Origin: Clostridia bacterium
Lineage (GTDB): Bacteria; Bacillota; Clostridia; Oscillospirales; Acutalibacteraceae
Length of the DNA: 49,028 nt
Assembly: GCA_017396175.1 (NCBI GenBank)
Contig: JAFQMR010000032.1
Span: forward strand, 1 to 49,028
Direction: 5' to 3'
Below, piece by piece: positions 37,005 through 46,500 of the stretch (positions are counted from its first letter, which is position 1; each line of letters opens with the position of its first letter). A program made the position numbers and the translations under genes. The notes beneath the pieces were generated by a model. It ran no database searches. It was not told the origin of the DNA and worked only from the letters and a program-made list of their open reading frames with translations.

Positions 37005-37775
37005 TCAGAAATCCAGAGATCTCACTTCGACTCCGCCTTTTATGGCGGCGATGTAGAGATTCTCGGGAAGTCTTTCATTGGTGATCAAGACGTCAATGTC
37101 TTTGAAGTTCGCAAAGGTATATGCAAGTGATTTTCCTACCTTTGAGGAATCCATAAGCAGTATTACCTTATTTGCTTTTTTTATGACTGCACGCTTTACC
37201 TCGCATTCTGCGTAGTTGCCGCAGGAGAAACCGCCTGCCGCGGAAAGACCTGCGGGAGCGATAAATGCGATGTCGATATTTACCGACTTGATAAATGCAA
37301 GTGCCTGTGCGCCCGAATCGGCAAGATTTGCTCTGTTTATAAGACCGCCTACGATATTAACGGTAGTCTGTGAATGACGGAGTATCTCAAGCGCGATGTT
37401 GGGGGCGTTGGTGGTGACGGAAAAATTCATATTGGGGATAAGCTTTGCAAGACACATCATAGTGGATCCGCTGTCGATAAAAACGCTTCTGCCGCTTTCG
37501 AGATAGGGAACTGCCGCCTTTGCGACCTGCATCTTTGCAACGACGTTGGAAACGGCACGGTCCTCGTAATTATCTTCGGAGGGCATTTTGTGATGCTCGA
37601 GCACCTTGCAGCCGCCACGGATAGTCATGATAAGACCCTCGTGCTCGAAATATTCGAGATCGCGGCGAAGAGTCATGGTGGAAACCTCGGGGAAAAGGGA
37701 AGAAAGCTCTTTTAAAGTAATGATTTCTTTTACCTTGAAAAGCTCTTTTATCTTTTCTCTGCGTTCATAATTCAT
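37005..37775 (-). CDS. DeoR-family transcriptional regulator
   Basis: 256 aa with the N-terminal HTH 'ITLKELSSLFPEVSTMTLRRDLEYFEHEGLI' and a C-terminal sugar-phosphate sensor domain. It ends 35 nt upstream of the dehydrogenase gene. Confidence 0.85.
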   Translation of the reverse strand: MNYERREKIKELFKVKEIITLKELSSLFPEVSTMTLRRDLEYFEHEGLIMTIRGGCKVLEHHKMPSEDNYEDRAVSNVVAKMQVAKAAVPYLESGRSVFIDSGSTMMCLAKLIPNMNFSVTTNAPNIALEILRHSQTTVNIVGGLINRANLADSGAQALAFIKSVNIDIAFIAPAGLSAAGGFSCGNYAECEVKRAVIKKANKVILLMDSSKVGKSLAYTFANFKDIDVLITNERLPENLYIAAIKGGVEVRSLDF

Positions 37776-37818
37776 CTGCGTTACCTCCTTCTTAAAAGCT
37801 CATTCTTCGTCAGTATAA

Positions 37819-37847
37819 ATTGTAACATTTTATAACAAAAAAGTCAA
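37819..37847 (-). promoter_or_regulatory. candidate sigma-A promoter of the DeoR / dehydrogenase operon
   Basis: On the minus strand: TTGACT (37847-37842), 17-nt spacer, TACAAT (37824-37819). Confidence 0.5.
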
Positions 37848-37961
37848 GCAAAATCACAAAAGATAACATTTTCTAATCTTTGAACAAAACTGCGCCGAGA
37901 TGGGCGTTTTTTATGTGCAATTTGTCAATTGTTTATTTTTGAAAAAATGGCGTTAAAATTG

Positions 37962-38004
37962 TGCATAAATATGCAAAATAATGAATATACTGCATAAATA
38001 TTCA
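37962..38004. promoter_or_regulatory. tandem AT-rich palindromes resembling ARG boxes (ArgR/AhrC operators)
   Basis: TGCATAAATATGCA (37962-37975) and TGAATATACTGCATAAATATTCA (37982-38004). Both have TGNAT...ATNCA half-sites like the TGAAT-w4-ATTCA ARG-box core and lie upstream of argG. Confidence 0.45.
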
Positions 38005-38105
38005 AAACATCAAAAAACACCAATTAAATTGACTATATAAAATAGACAAAAATGAGGATATACGGGTATAAAAAATGTTTATTTATACAAACTTTGTAAA
38101 TAAAC

Positions 38106-38134
38106 TTGCATTTTGCGAAATATAAGTGTATAAT
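38106..38134 (+). promoter_or_regulatory. candidate sigma-A promoter of the arg operon
   Basis: TTGCAT (38106-38111), 17-nt spacer, consensus TATAAT (38129-38134). An imperfect palindrome TTATTTATACAAACTTTGTAAATAA sits just upstream. Confidence 0.55.
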
Positions 38135-38193
38135 ACAGTGGTAAAAAATAAAAAAACAGCCGTGTTAAATCACGGCAGAACGGAGAATATATA

Positions 38194-39411
38194 ATGAAAA
38201 AGATTAAAAAGATCGTACTTGCTTATTCGGGCGGACTTGATACCTCCATCATCATTCCGTGGCTCAAGGAAAACTATGAGGGCTGCGAGGTCATTGCCGT
38301 TGCTGCCGACGTAGGTCAGGGCAAGGAGCTTTCCGGTCTTGAGGAAAAGGCAATAAAGACCGGCGCATCCAAGCTTTACATCGAGGACCTCACCGAAGAG
38401 TTTATTGAAGAATATATCTATCCCACCATCAAGGCGGGCGCGGTTTACGAGGGTAAATACCTCCTCGGCACCTCCTTTGCAAGACCCGTTATTGCAAAGA
38501 GAATAGTTGAGATAGCAAGAAAGGAAGGAGCCGATGCAATTGCACACGGCTGCACCGGTAAGGGCAACGATCAGGTTCGCTTCGAGCTTACCATCAAGGC
38601 GTTTGCTCCCGATATGGAGATAATCGCTCCCTGGAGAGTATGGGACATCAAATCGAGAGATGAGGAGATCGACTACGCCGAGGCTCACAACATTCCTCTT
38701 AACATCACCAGAGAGACCAACTACTCGAAGGATATGAACATATGGCACCTTTCTCACGAGGGACTCGATCTTGAGGATCCCGCAAACGAGCCTATGTACG
38801 ATAAGATACTCGAGCTCGGCGTTTCACCCGAGCAGGCACCCGATAAGGCGACCTACGTAACTATCGGCTTCGAAAAGGGTGTTCCCACCACCTTGAACGG
38901 CAAGAAGGTCGACGCCGTAACGATGGTCAAGGAGCTTAACGCCGTCGGCGGCGCAAACGGTATCGGTATAATCGATATGGTTGAAAACCGTCTTGTAGGT
39001 ATGAAGTCAAGAGGCGTTTACGAAACTCCCGGCGGCACCATTCTCTACGCCGCACACGACGCTCTTGAGACCCTTACCCTCGACAGAGATACCATGCACT
39101 ACAAAAAGCTCGTTGCAGAGCGCTTTGCAGAGCTCGTATATTTCGGTCAGTGGTTCACTCCTCTTCGCGAGGCACTTTCCGCATTCGTTGACAAAACTCA
39201 GGAGACCGTAACCGGTGAAGTAAAATTAAAGCTCTATAAGGGCAACGTAATCCTCGCATCCGTAACCTCACCCGAATCTCTCTACGACGAGGATATCGCA
39301 ACCTTCTCGGAGGACGAGGTCTACGATCAGAAGGATGCCGACGGATTCATCAATCTCTTCGGTCTTCCCATAAAGGTAAAGGCACTTAAGGACCTTAAGA
39401 AAAACAAGTAA
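38194..39411 (+). CDS. argG: argininosuccinate synthase
   Basis: 405 aa with the N-terminal ATP-PPase motif 'AYSGGLDTS'. It is ArgG-like throughout. Confidence 0.92.
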   Translation: MKKIKKIVLAYSGGLDTSIIIPWLKENYEGCEVIAVAADVGQGKELSGLEEKAIKTGASKLYIEDLTEEFIEEYIYPTIKAGAVYEGKYLLGTSFARPVIAKRIVEIARKEGADAIAHGCTGKGNDQVRFELTIKAFAPDMEIIAPWRVWDIKSRDEEIDYAEAHNIPLNITRETNYSKDMNIWHLSHEGLDLEDPANEPMYDKILELGVSPEQAPDKATYVTIGFEKGVPTTLNGKKVDAVTMVKELNAVGGANGIGIIDMVENRLVGMKSRGVYETPGGTILYAAHDALETLTLDRDTMHYKKLVAERFAELVYFGQWFTPLREALSAFVDKTQETVTGEVKLKLYKGNVILASVTSPESLYDEDIATFSEDEVYDQKDADGFINLFGLPIKVKALKDLKKNK

Positions 39412-39434
39412 GAAAAATCAAGGAGGGCATTTCC

Positions 39435-40814
39435 GTGAAGCTCTGGACAGGCCGTTTCAAAAAAGCCATAGATAAAAAGACCGACGATTACAATTCCTCT
39501 CTGCCGTTTGACATTCGTCTTTACAACGAGGATATCGAAGGCTCGGTAGCCCATGCGGGAATGCTCGCAAAGCAGGGAATAATATCCGAAAAGGATCTTA
39601 ACGATATCATTTCGGGCCTTTCGAAGATAAAGGAAGAGCTAAAAGACCCCAAATACGCCTCGGACGAAGCCGAGGACGTCCACTCACTCGTTGAGGGAAT
39701 GCTCACCGAAATGATAGGCGACGCGGGCAAGCGTCTCCACACTGCAAGAAGCAGAAACGATCAGGTCGCACTCGACTTAAAGTTAAATCTTCGCAAGGAG
39801 GCAAACGAGGTAAGAGATCTTCTTACCTCGCTTGTCGCCGCTATTGTAAAAACCGCAAAGGAGAATACCGACACGGTAATGTCGGGCTACACCCATCTTC
39901 AGAAGGCACAGCCCGTAACCTTTGCACATCACGTAATGGCATACGCGCAGATGTTCAAGCGCGATATAACCAGAATCGACGACTGTATTGAAAGAATGAG
40001 CGAATGCCCCTTGGGAGCAGGCGCACTTGCAAGCACCACCCATCCCATAGACCGCTTTGAAACTGCCAAGGCTCTTGGCTTCAAGGCGCCTATGGCAAAC
40101 TCGATGGACGCGGTATCGGATCGCGACTACGTCATCGAGCTTACCTCCTGCTTCTCGATAATAATGATGCACCTTTCCCGCTTCTCGGAGGAGATAATCC
40201 TCTGGTGCTCGGGAGAATTCCGCTATATCGAGCTTGACGACGGCTTTTCGACCGGCTCGTCGATAATGCCGCAGAAGAAGAATCCCGATATAGCAGAGCT
40301 TTGCCGCGGTAAAACGGGCAGAGTCTACGGCGACCTTATGGCGCTTCTCACCGTTATGAAGGGCATTCCGCTTGCCTATAATAAGGATATGCAGGAGGAT
40401 AAGGAGTCGGTATTCGACGCGGTAGACACCGTAAAGATGTCCCTCTCGGTATTTACCGATATGTTTGCTACCATGAAGGTAAACAAGGAGGAGATGAGAA
40501 AAAAGGCAGCCGACGGCTTTATAAACGCCACCGACTGTGCCGATTATCTTGCCAAAAAGGGAGTCCCCTTCCGCGATGCATACAGAGCGGTCGGAGAACT
40601 CGTCCGTTACTCGATAGATAACGGCAAAAATCTTGAAAGCCTCACGATAGAGGAATACAAGGGCTTTTCCCCCGTATTTGAAGAAGATATCTACGATGCC
40701 ATTTCACTTGAGCGCTGCGTAAACGGCAGAAGGGTCTACGGAGGCCCCGCAGGTGAAGCGGTAGCGATACAAATAGAAGAAATGGAAAAATTTTTGGGTA
40801 GTATAAATGGCTAA
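39435..40814 (+). CDS. argH: argininosuccinate lyase
   Basis: 459 aa with a GTG start after an AAGGAGGG RBS and the fumarate-lyase signature 'GSSIMPQKKNPD'. Confidence 0.92.
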   Translation: MKLWTGRFKKAIDKKTDDYNSSLPFDIRLYNEDIEGSVAHAGMLAKQGIISEKDLNDIISGLSKIKEELKDPKYASDEAEDVHSLVEGMLTEMIGDAGKRLHTARSRNDQVALDLKLNLRKEANEVRDLLTSLVAAIVKTAKENTDTVMSGYTHLQKAQPVTFAHHVMAYAQMFKRDITRIDDCIERMSECPLGAGALASTTHPIDRFETAKALGFKAPMANSMDAVSDRDYVIELTSCFSIIMMHLSRFSEEIILWCSGEFRYIELDDGFSTGSSIMPQKKNPDIAELCRGKTGRVYGDLMALLTVMKGIPLAYNKDMQEDKESVFDAVDTVKMSLSVFTDMFATMKVNKEEMRKKAADGFINATDCADYLAKKGVPFRDAYRAVGELVRYSIDNGKNLESLTIEEYKGFSPVFEEDIYDAISLERCVNGRRVYGGPAGEAVAIQIEEMEKFLGSING

Positions 40815-41754
40815 ATATAAAGTTTTTGTCGACGGAAACGTCGGCACTACGGGTATGCAGATAGAGGAGCGCCTGAAAGCAAGAAGCGATATTGAGCTTC
40901 TCACCATTCCCGAAAAGGACCGTAAGGATCCCGAAGTGATCAAAAAATTCATAAACGATTCCGATATCACCTTTCTTTGCCTTCCCGATGCTGCGGCAAG
41001 GGAAGCGGTAGAGCTTGCAAAGGGAAGCAGTGCCAAGATAATCGACGCCTCAACGGCACATCGCACAAATCCCGATTGGTGCTACGGCTTCTCGGAGCTC
41101 GGCGCAGAATTCAAGGAAAAGCTTAAAAGCTCAAAGAGAGTTGCAGTCCCCGGCTGTCACGCCTCGGGCTTTATCTCGCTTATATATCCGCTTGTAAAGG
41201 AGGGCGTTTTATCGCCCGATGCCGATATATCCGCAACCTCCTTAACGGGTTACAGCGGCGGCGGAAAAAAGCTTATTGAAAAATACGAGGGCGAGTCAAG
41301 AGATAAAAACAGCTTAAAGGCTCCTATGCCTTACGCTCTCTCGCTTTCGCATAAGCATCTCCCCGAAATGACTAAAATATGCTCCCTTACAAAGCCTCCC
41401 GTATTTTTGCCCGTGGTAGGCGACTATTATAAGGGAATGCTGGTATCGGTACCGCTTAACGCCGATAAGCTTTCGGTCTTACCAAAAGAGCTTAACGCCG
41501 TTTACGAGAAATATTACGGCGGCAGTAACTTTGTAAAGGTTATGCCCTTTAATGCCGATCTGAGCGAAAGCGGAGGATTTTTAAGTCCCGAGCTTGTAAA
41601 CGGCACCAACGAGCTTCAGATATACGTTTTTTCCAACGGCGATCAGGTAATGCTTTGCTCGGTGCTTGACAATCTCGGCAAGGGCTCGGGCGGAGCGGCG
41701 GTTCAATGTATGAACATAATGCTCGGAATTGACGAGACGATATCACTGAATTGA
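40807..41754 (+). CDS. argC: N-acetyl-gamma-glutamyl-phosphate reductase (short type)
   Basis: 315 aa with the catalytic Cys in 'VPGCHASG'. It overlaps the argH end by 8 nt. Confidence 0.85.
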   Translation: MAKYKVFVDGNVGTTGMQIEERLKARSDIELLTIPEKDRKDPEVIKKFINDSDITFLCLPDAAAREAVELAKGSSAKIIDASTAHRTNPDWCYGFSELGAEFKEKLKSSKRVAVPGCHASGFISLIYPLVKEGVLSPDADISATSLTGYSGGGKKLIEKYEGESRDKNSLKAPMPYALSLSHKHLPEMTKICSLTKPPVFLPVVGDYYKGMLVSVPLNADKLSVLPKELNAVYEKYYGGSNFVKVMPFNADLSESGGFLSPELVNGTNELQIYVFSNGDQVMLCSVLDNLGKGSGGAAVQCMNIMLGIDETISLN

Positions 41755-41758
41755 GGAA

Positions 41759-42979
41759 ATGAAAATGAAAGAAATAAAAGGCGGCGTAACCGCGGCAAAA
41801 GGATTTACCGCATCGGGAATCTACTGCGGTATCCGTAAAAATAAAGAGAAAAAGGACCTTGCACTTATCAAATCCGAGGTAATGTGCTCTGCGGCGGCAG
41901 TCTATACCACCAATAAGGTCAAGGGCGCACCCATTGCCGTAACCAAGGAAAATATCAAGGACGGCAAGGCAATAGCCGCCATCTGCAACAGCGGAAATGC
42001 AAACACCTGCAATGCGGACGGCGTTGAGGTAGCGGAAACTACCTGCAAGGCACTTGCAAAAGAGCTTAATATCTCCGAAAAGGATATAATAATCGCGTCA
42101 ACCGGCGTTATCGGTCAGCCTCTTAATGTAAAGGCGATTACCGACGGAATCCCCTCACTCGTAAAGAGCCTCTCGGTAGAAGGCGGGGAGGACGCCTCGT
42201 GGGCAATACTCACCACCGACTTAAAGCCCAAGGAGGCAGCAGTCGAATTCGAGGTAGGCGGCAAGCTCTGCCGTATGGGCGGCATTGCAAAGGGCTCGGG
42301 TATGATAAATCCCAATATGGCTACCATGCTCGTATTTATCACGGGCGACGTAGCCGTTTCTCCCGAAATGATAAAGGTAGCGGTAAAAGAGGCGGCTGAC
42401 GAGAGCTTCAATATGATCTCCGTCGACGGCGATACCTCCACCAACGATATGCTCTCCGTTATGACCAACGGTATGGCAGGCAATGCCGAGATCACCGAGA
42501 AAAACGAGGATTACAAGGTATTTTTGGAAGGACTTACCTTCCTTTGCAAAAAGCTTTCGCAGATGATAGCGAGAGACGGCGAGGGTGCAACCAAGCTTTT
42601 GGAGGGCTACGTTTACAACGCGCCCGATAAAGAAACGGCAAGAATTGCCGCAAAATCGGTAATTTCCTCAAATCTCACCAAGGCAGCAATGTTCGGTGCC
42701 GATGCAAACTGGGGAAGAGTCCTTTGCGCACTCGGCTATGCAAAATGCGAGCTTGACGTAAACAAGATAGACATTGCCTTCAAAAGCGAGGCAGGTGAGA
42801 TAACCGTTTGCAAAAACGGCGCAGGCGTTGATTTTTCCGAGGAAAAGGCAAAGGAAATTCTCCTTAAGGACCATATAATCATCGACATCAACTTAAACGA
42901 CGGCACCGAGGAGGCAACTGCTTTCGGCTGCGACCTCACCTACGAATACGTAAGAATAAACGGCGATTACAGAACCTGA
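41759..42979 (+). CDS. argJ: bifunctional ornithine acetyltransferase / N-acetylglutamate synthase
   Basis: 406 aa with the autoproteolysis site 'NMATMLVFITGD'. The second ATG at 41765 has better RBS spacing, so the start is uncertain by 6 nt. Confidence 0.88.
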   Translation: MKMKEIKGGVTAAKGFTASGIYCGIRKNKEKKDLALIKSEVMCSAAAVYTTNKVKGAPIAVTKENIKDGKAIAAICNSGNANTCNADGVEVAETTCKALAKELNISEKDIIIASTGVIGQPLNVKAITDGIPSLVKSLSVEGGEDASWAILTTDLKPKEAAVEFEVGGKLCRMGGIAKGSGMINPNMATMLVFITGDVAVSPEMIKVAVKEAADESFNMISVDGDTSTNDMLSVMTNGMAGNAEITEKNEDYKVFLEGLTFLCKKLSQMIARDGEGATKLLEGYVYNAPDKETARIAAKSVISSNLTKAAMFGADANWGRVLCALGYAKCELDVNKIDIAFKSEAGEITVCKNGAGVDFSEEKAKEILLKDHIIIDINLNDGTEEATAFGCDLTYEYVRINGDYRT

Positions 42980-42999
42980 TATCCCGAAAGGAAAAGAAA

Positions 43000-43875
43000 A
43001 TGGACGAAATTACTTTTAACTCGATTGAAAAAAAGGCAGAGGTGCTAATAGAAGCCCTCCCTTATATAACGCAGTACAGAGGTAAGACGATAGTAATAAA
43101 ATACGGCGGCAACGCTATGATAAACGAGGAGCTCAAGAATGCAGTTATCTCCGATATCGTTTTGCTTTCCTGCATCGGAATAAACGTGGTGCTCGTCCAT
43201 GGCGGCGGCCCCGAAATTACCGATATGCTAAAGCGCGTCGGCAAGGAGAGCCGCTTCGTAAACGGACTTCGCTATACCGACGCCGAAACAGCCGAAATAG
43301 CACAGATGGTTCTTGCGGGCAAAATAAACAAGGACCTCGTAAGTATGATAAACTGCGCCGGCGGCAATGCAATAGGCATTTCAGGCTTCGACGGCGGACT
43401 TATCAAGGCAAAGAAAAAGAGCGATAACGGCGTCGATTACGGCTTTGTCGGCGAGATATCCGACGTAAATACAAAAATAATCAGAGATAATCTTTCAAAC
43501 GGCTATATCGTAGTCGTTTCAACGGTTGCGGCAGGCGAAAACGGCGAGGTCTACAATATAAACGCCGATACCGCGGCTCTTGAAATAGCAATCGCCCTAA
43601 AGGCAGACAGAGTTCTCGTCCTTACCGACGTCCGCGGCGTTTTGAAGGACGCTCACGACGAAAGCTCTCTTATTTCCGATATCAAGCTTTCCGAGATACC
43701 CGACCTCATAAAGAGCGGCATAATCACCGGGGGAATGATACCGAAGATAGAGAGCATTGCAAATGCGGTAAAGCTCGAGATAAAGTCGGCAAGTATAATT
43801 GACGGACGTGTAAAGCACTCGATCATAGTTGAGCTTTTCTCACACGAGGGCTTCGGCACCATAATCCACAGATAA
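43000..43875 (+). CDS. argB: acetylglutamate kinase
   Basis: 291 aa with 'VIKYGGNAM' and 'VHGGGPEI'. Confidence 0.9.
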   Translation: MDEITFNSIEKKAEVLIEALPYITQYRGKTIVIKYGGNAMINEELKNAVISDIVLLSCIGINVVLVHGGGPEITDMLKRVGKESRFVNGLRYTDAETAEIAQMVLAGKINKDLVSMINCAGGNAIGISGFDGGLIKAKKKSDNGVDYGFVGEISDVNTKIIRDNLSNGYIVVVSTVAAGENGEVYNINADTAALEIAIALKADRVLVLTDVRGVLKDAHDESSLISDIKLSEIPDLIKSGIITGGMIPKIESIANAVKLEIKSASIIDGRVKHSIIVELFSHEGFGTIIHR

Positions 43876-43887
43876 GGAGACAGCGTA

Positions 43888-45078
43888 ATGTTTGATTCAA
43901 AATACTATATTGAAAGAGATAAGGCGGTAATGCTCGAGACCTACGACCGTTACCCCGTGGTAATCGAAAAGGGAAGAGGAGCCACCGCTATCGACGTAAA
44001 CGGTAAAAAATACATCGACTTTGCGGCAGGCATTGCTGTAAACGCGCTCGGATATGCCGATAAAAACTACGTAAACGCCGTGATCAAGCAGGTAAAAAAG
44101 GTAGGTCATATCTGTAACCTTTACTATAACCCCACCAATATCGAGCTTGCCGAGAGAGTAATTGCGGCAACCGGTATGAAGAGAGTATTTTTTGCAAACT
44201 CGGGCGCCGAGGCAAACGAGGGCGCGACCAAAATTGCAAGAAAATACGCGGCGGATAAATACGGACCCCACAGAAACGTAATTCTCACTCTTAACAACTC
44301 CTTCCACGGCAGAACGATAACCACTCTTTCCGCAACGGGACAGGAGTCGTATCACAAGCATTTCCAGCCTCTTACGAGCGGCTTCGTATATCCCGCAGAG
44401 AATACCGTTGAGTCTATCGCCGAAACGATAAACGAAAACGTATGCGCAATAATGATAGAGCTTATTCAGGGCGAGGGCGGCGTAAATCTCCTCGATAACG
44501 ATCTCGTTATGGGAATTCAGAAGCTTTGCGACGAGCACGACCTCTTACTTATCGTCGACGAGGTGCAGACCGGCGTTCTTCGCACCGGTAAATTTCTTGC
44601 CTGCAACTATTTTGATATCCACCCCGATATAGTAACTCTCGCAAAGGGACTCGGCGGCGGAATGCCTATCGGTGCAGTTCTTGCAAATGAAAAATGCGAG
44701 CACGTTCTCTCCTACGGTCAGCACGGCTCAACCTTCGGCGGAAACCCGATAGTCTGCGCGGGCGCGATCGAGGTAATGAAGCGCACTACCGATCCTCAAA
44801 TGGAAAAGGATGTTTGTGAAAAGGGCGAATATATCCGCAACAAAATAAAGACCTTCAAAAACGTTAAAAACGTTCGCGGACTCGGTCTTTTCATCGCCTT
44901 TGACCTTATAAACGGCAACTCCAAGGAGGTCTCCCGCGAGATAGCCGAAAACGGCTGCCTCACCCTTACAGCAAAATCGTCTATGCGACTTTTGCCGCCC
45001 CTTATAATCTCTTATAAAGATATAGATAAGGGTCTTGAAATAATCAAAAAATCAGTTGAAGCAAGAGCGGAGAAATAA
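43888..45078 (+). CDS. argD: acetylornithine aminotransferase
   Basis: 396 aa, class-III aminotransferase, with 'DEVQTG' and the PLP-Lys context 'DIVTLAKGLGGG'. Confidence 0.88.
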   Translation: MFDSKYYIERDKAVMLETYDRYPVVIEKGRGATAIDVNGKKYIDFAAGIAVNALGYADKNYVNAVIKQVKKVGHICNLYYNPTNIELAERVIAATGMKRVFFANSGAEANEGATKIARKYAADKYGPHRNVILTLNNSFHGRTITTLSATGQESYHKHFQPLTSGFVYPAENTVESIAETINENVCAIMIELIQGEGGVNLLDNDLVMGIQKLCDEHDLLLIVDEVQTGVLRTGKFLACNYFDIHPDIVTLAKGLGGGMPIGAVLANEKCEHVLSYGQHGSTFGGNPIVCAGAIEVMKRTTDPQMEKDVCEKGEYIRNKIKTFKNVKNVRGLGLFIAFDLINGNSKEVSREIAENGCLTLTAKSSMRLLPPLIISYKDIDKGLEIIKKSVEARAEK

Positions 45079-45080
45079 AA

Positions 45081-45983
45081 ATGAAGCATTTACTTAAATT
45101 ACTCGACCTTTCCGAAAAGGAAATAATTGAAATACTTGACCTTGCCGATGAATTGAAGGCAGAAAACAAGAAGGGAATAACCCATCATCGCCTCGCAGGC
45201 AAAACGCTTGGACTTATATTTGAAAAATCCTCTACCAGAACGAGAGTATCCTTCGAGGTTGGAATGTATCAGCTCGGCGGATATCCGCTTTTCTTAAGCT
45301 CGCGTGACCTTCAGCTCGGCAGAGGCGAGTCTATTGCCGATACCGCACGCGTTCTTTCCCGTTACGTAGACGGAATTATGATAAGGACCTTCGAGCAGGA
45401 AAAGGTAGAGCAGCTTGCCGAATACGGCTCAATTCCGATAATAAACGGACTTACCGATTTCTGCCATCCCTGTCAGGTGCTTGCAGACCTTCAGACCATC
45501 CGTGAATATAAGGGCGGCTTTGCAGGAAAGAAGCTCGTATATATCGGTGACGGCAACAATATGGCAAACTCTCTCATCGTAGGCGGCCTTAAGGTCGGTA
45601 TGAGCGTAGCGGTAGCATGCCCAAAGGGCTACGAGCCCGATGCAAAGGTGCTTGAATTTGCAAAGGATAAGGATTTCCTTCTCACAGACGATATCTACGA
45701 AGCCGCAAAGGATGCAGACGCCATCTATACTGACGTATGGGCAAGTATGGGTCAGGAGGGCGAAGCAGAGGAACGCAAAAAGATATTCAAGAGCTATTGC
45801 GTAACTAGCGAGCTTATGAAGGTAGCAAAGCCCGACTGCATCGTGCTCCATTGCCTCCCCGCACATAAGGGCGAGGAGATAACCGAAGAGGTATTTGAGG
45901 CTCACGTAAACGAGATAATGGATGAAGCTGAAAACCGTCTCCATGCACAAAAGGCAGTTATGGTAAAGGTAATGGAGAAATAA
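45081..45983 (+). CDS. argF: ornithine carbamoyltransferase
   Basis: 300 aa with 'STRTR', 'HPCQ' and 'HCLP' motifs. Confidence 0.9.
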   Translation: MKHLLKLLDLSEKEIIEILDLADELKAENKKGITHHRLAGKTLGLIFEKSSTRTRVSFEVGMYQLGGYPLFLSSRDLQLGRGESIADTARVLSRYVDGIMIRTFEQEKVEQLAEYGSIPIINGLTDFCHPCQVLADLQTIREYKGGFAGKKLVYIGDGNNMANSLIVGGLKVGMSVAVACPKGYEPDAKVLEFAKDKDFLLTDDIYEAAKDADAIYTDVWASMGQEGEAEERKKIFKSYCVTSELMKVAKPDCIVLHCLPAHKGEEITEEVFEAHVNEIMDEAENRLHAQKAVMVKVMEK

Positions 45984-46019
45984 TTGCTCCGTTCCCCAAA
46001 AAATAAAAAACTTTTAAGA

Positions 46020-46057
46020 AAGACGTCCTTTTTGCTTGACAAAGGGACGTCTTTTTG
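46020..46057 (+). terminator. intrinsic terminator of the arg operon
   Basis: Stem AAGACGTCC (46020-46028) / GGACGTCTT (46045-46053) followed by TTTG. Confidence 0.65.
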
Positions 46058-46064
46058 TTAAAAT
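46036..46064 (+). promoter_or_regulatory. near-consensus sigma-A promoter (extended -10) reading into the tRNA-fragment array
   Basis: Consensus TTGACA (46036-46041) in the terminator loop, 17-nt spacer ending in TGT, then TAAAAT (46059-46064). Confidence 0.6.
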
Positions 46065-46113
46065 AAATAACGCTGAACAGAGTTAACACTCCCTTGGGAG
46101 TTTAACATATACT

Positions 46114-46254
46114 TGAGAGATATCGAAGTGGGGACGTTTGCGACCGCCGCCGGTGGCGGAAAAAGGGAGCAAAAAGGAGTGGCAGCGGTCGAAATTTTGC
46201 GAAGCGAACAGCGAGCAAAAAATTTCGCAAACCGCAACAGGACATAACGGGGCT
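46114..46254 (+). pseudogene. tRNA-Ser 5' fragment, unit A (split by a 110-nt insert, truncated)
   Basis: TGAGAGATATCGAAGTGG (46114-46131) matches nt 1-18 of the unit B copy, and ACATAACGGGGCT (46242-46254) matches nt 19-31 of the intact tRNA. No 3' half is present. Confidence 0.6.
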
Positions 46255-46312
46255 CCCCGTTCGATGAAAAATTGAATAGTCGTTATACTCCAAAACGGGG
46301 TTTAACATAGAT

Positions 46313-46352
46313 GGAGAGATATCGAAGTGGTCATAACGGGGCTGACTCGAAA
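46313..46352 (+). pseudogene. tRNA-Ser 5' fragment, unit B (nt 1-40, ends in the anticodon loop)
   Basis: GGAGAGATATCGAAGTGGTCATAACGGGGCTGACTCGAAA is identical to the intact tRNA at positions 8-40. No complementary acceptor 3' strand (TCTCTCC) follows. Confidence 0.8.
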
Positions 46353-46500
46353 GGTAGCCGAGCTTATCACTTGGTGAGTCGCGAAAGCTCTTGTTTTCTC
46401 GCAATATCTCGCAAATGCTTCATTTTTCTTGAATTTTGAGTGAACGCATTTCAACTTCGGCCTTGCAAAAGCCGTGCAAAATTCAAAACTAAGTTAATAC

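Noticed and set aside
38170-38757. A 195-aa minus-strand ORF overlapping the start of argG.
   Set aside because: It is antisense to a gene with a clear argininosuccinate synthase signature and has no RBS or recognisable motif.
46102-46404. A 100-aa minus-strand ORF inside the tRNA-fragment array.
   Set aside because: It has no RBS, spans tRNA-derived sequence and hairpins, and has a low-complexity translation. It is most likely not coding.
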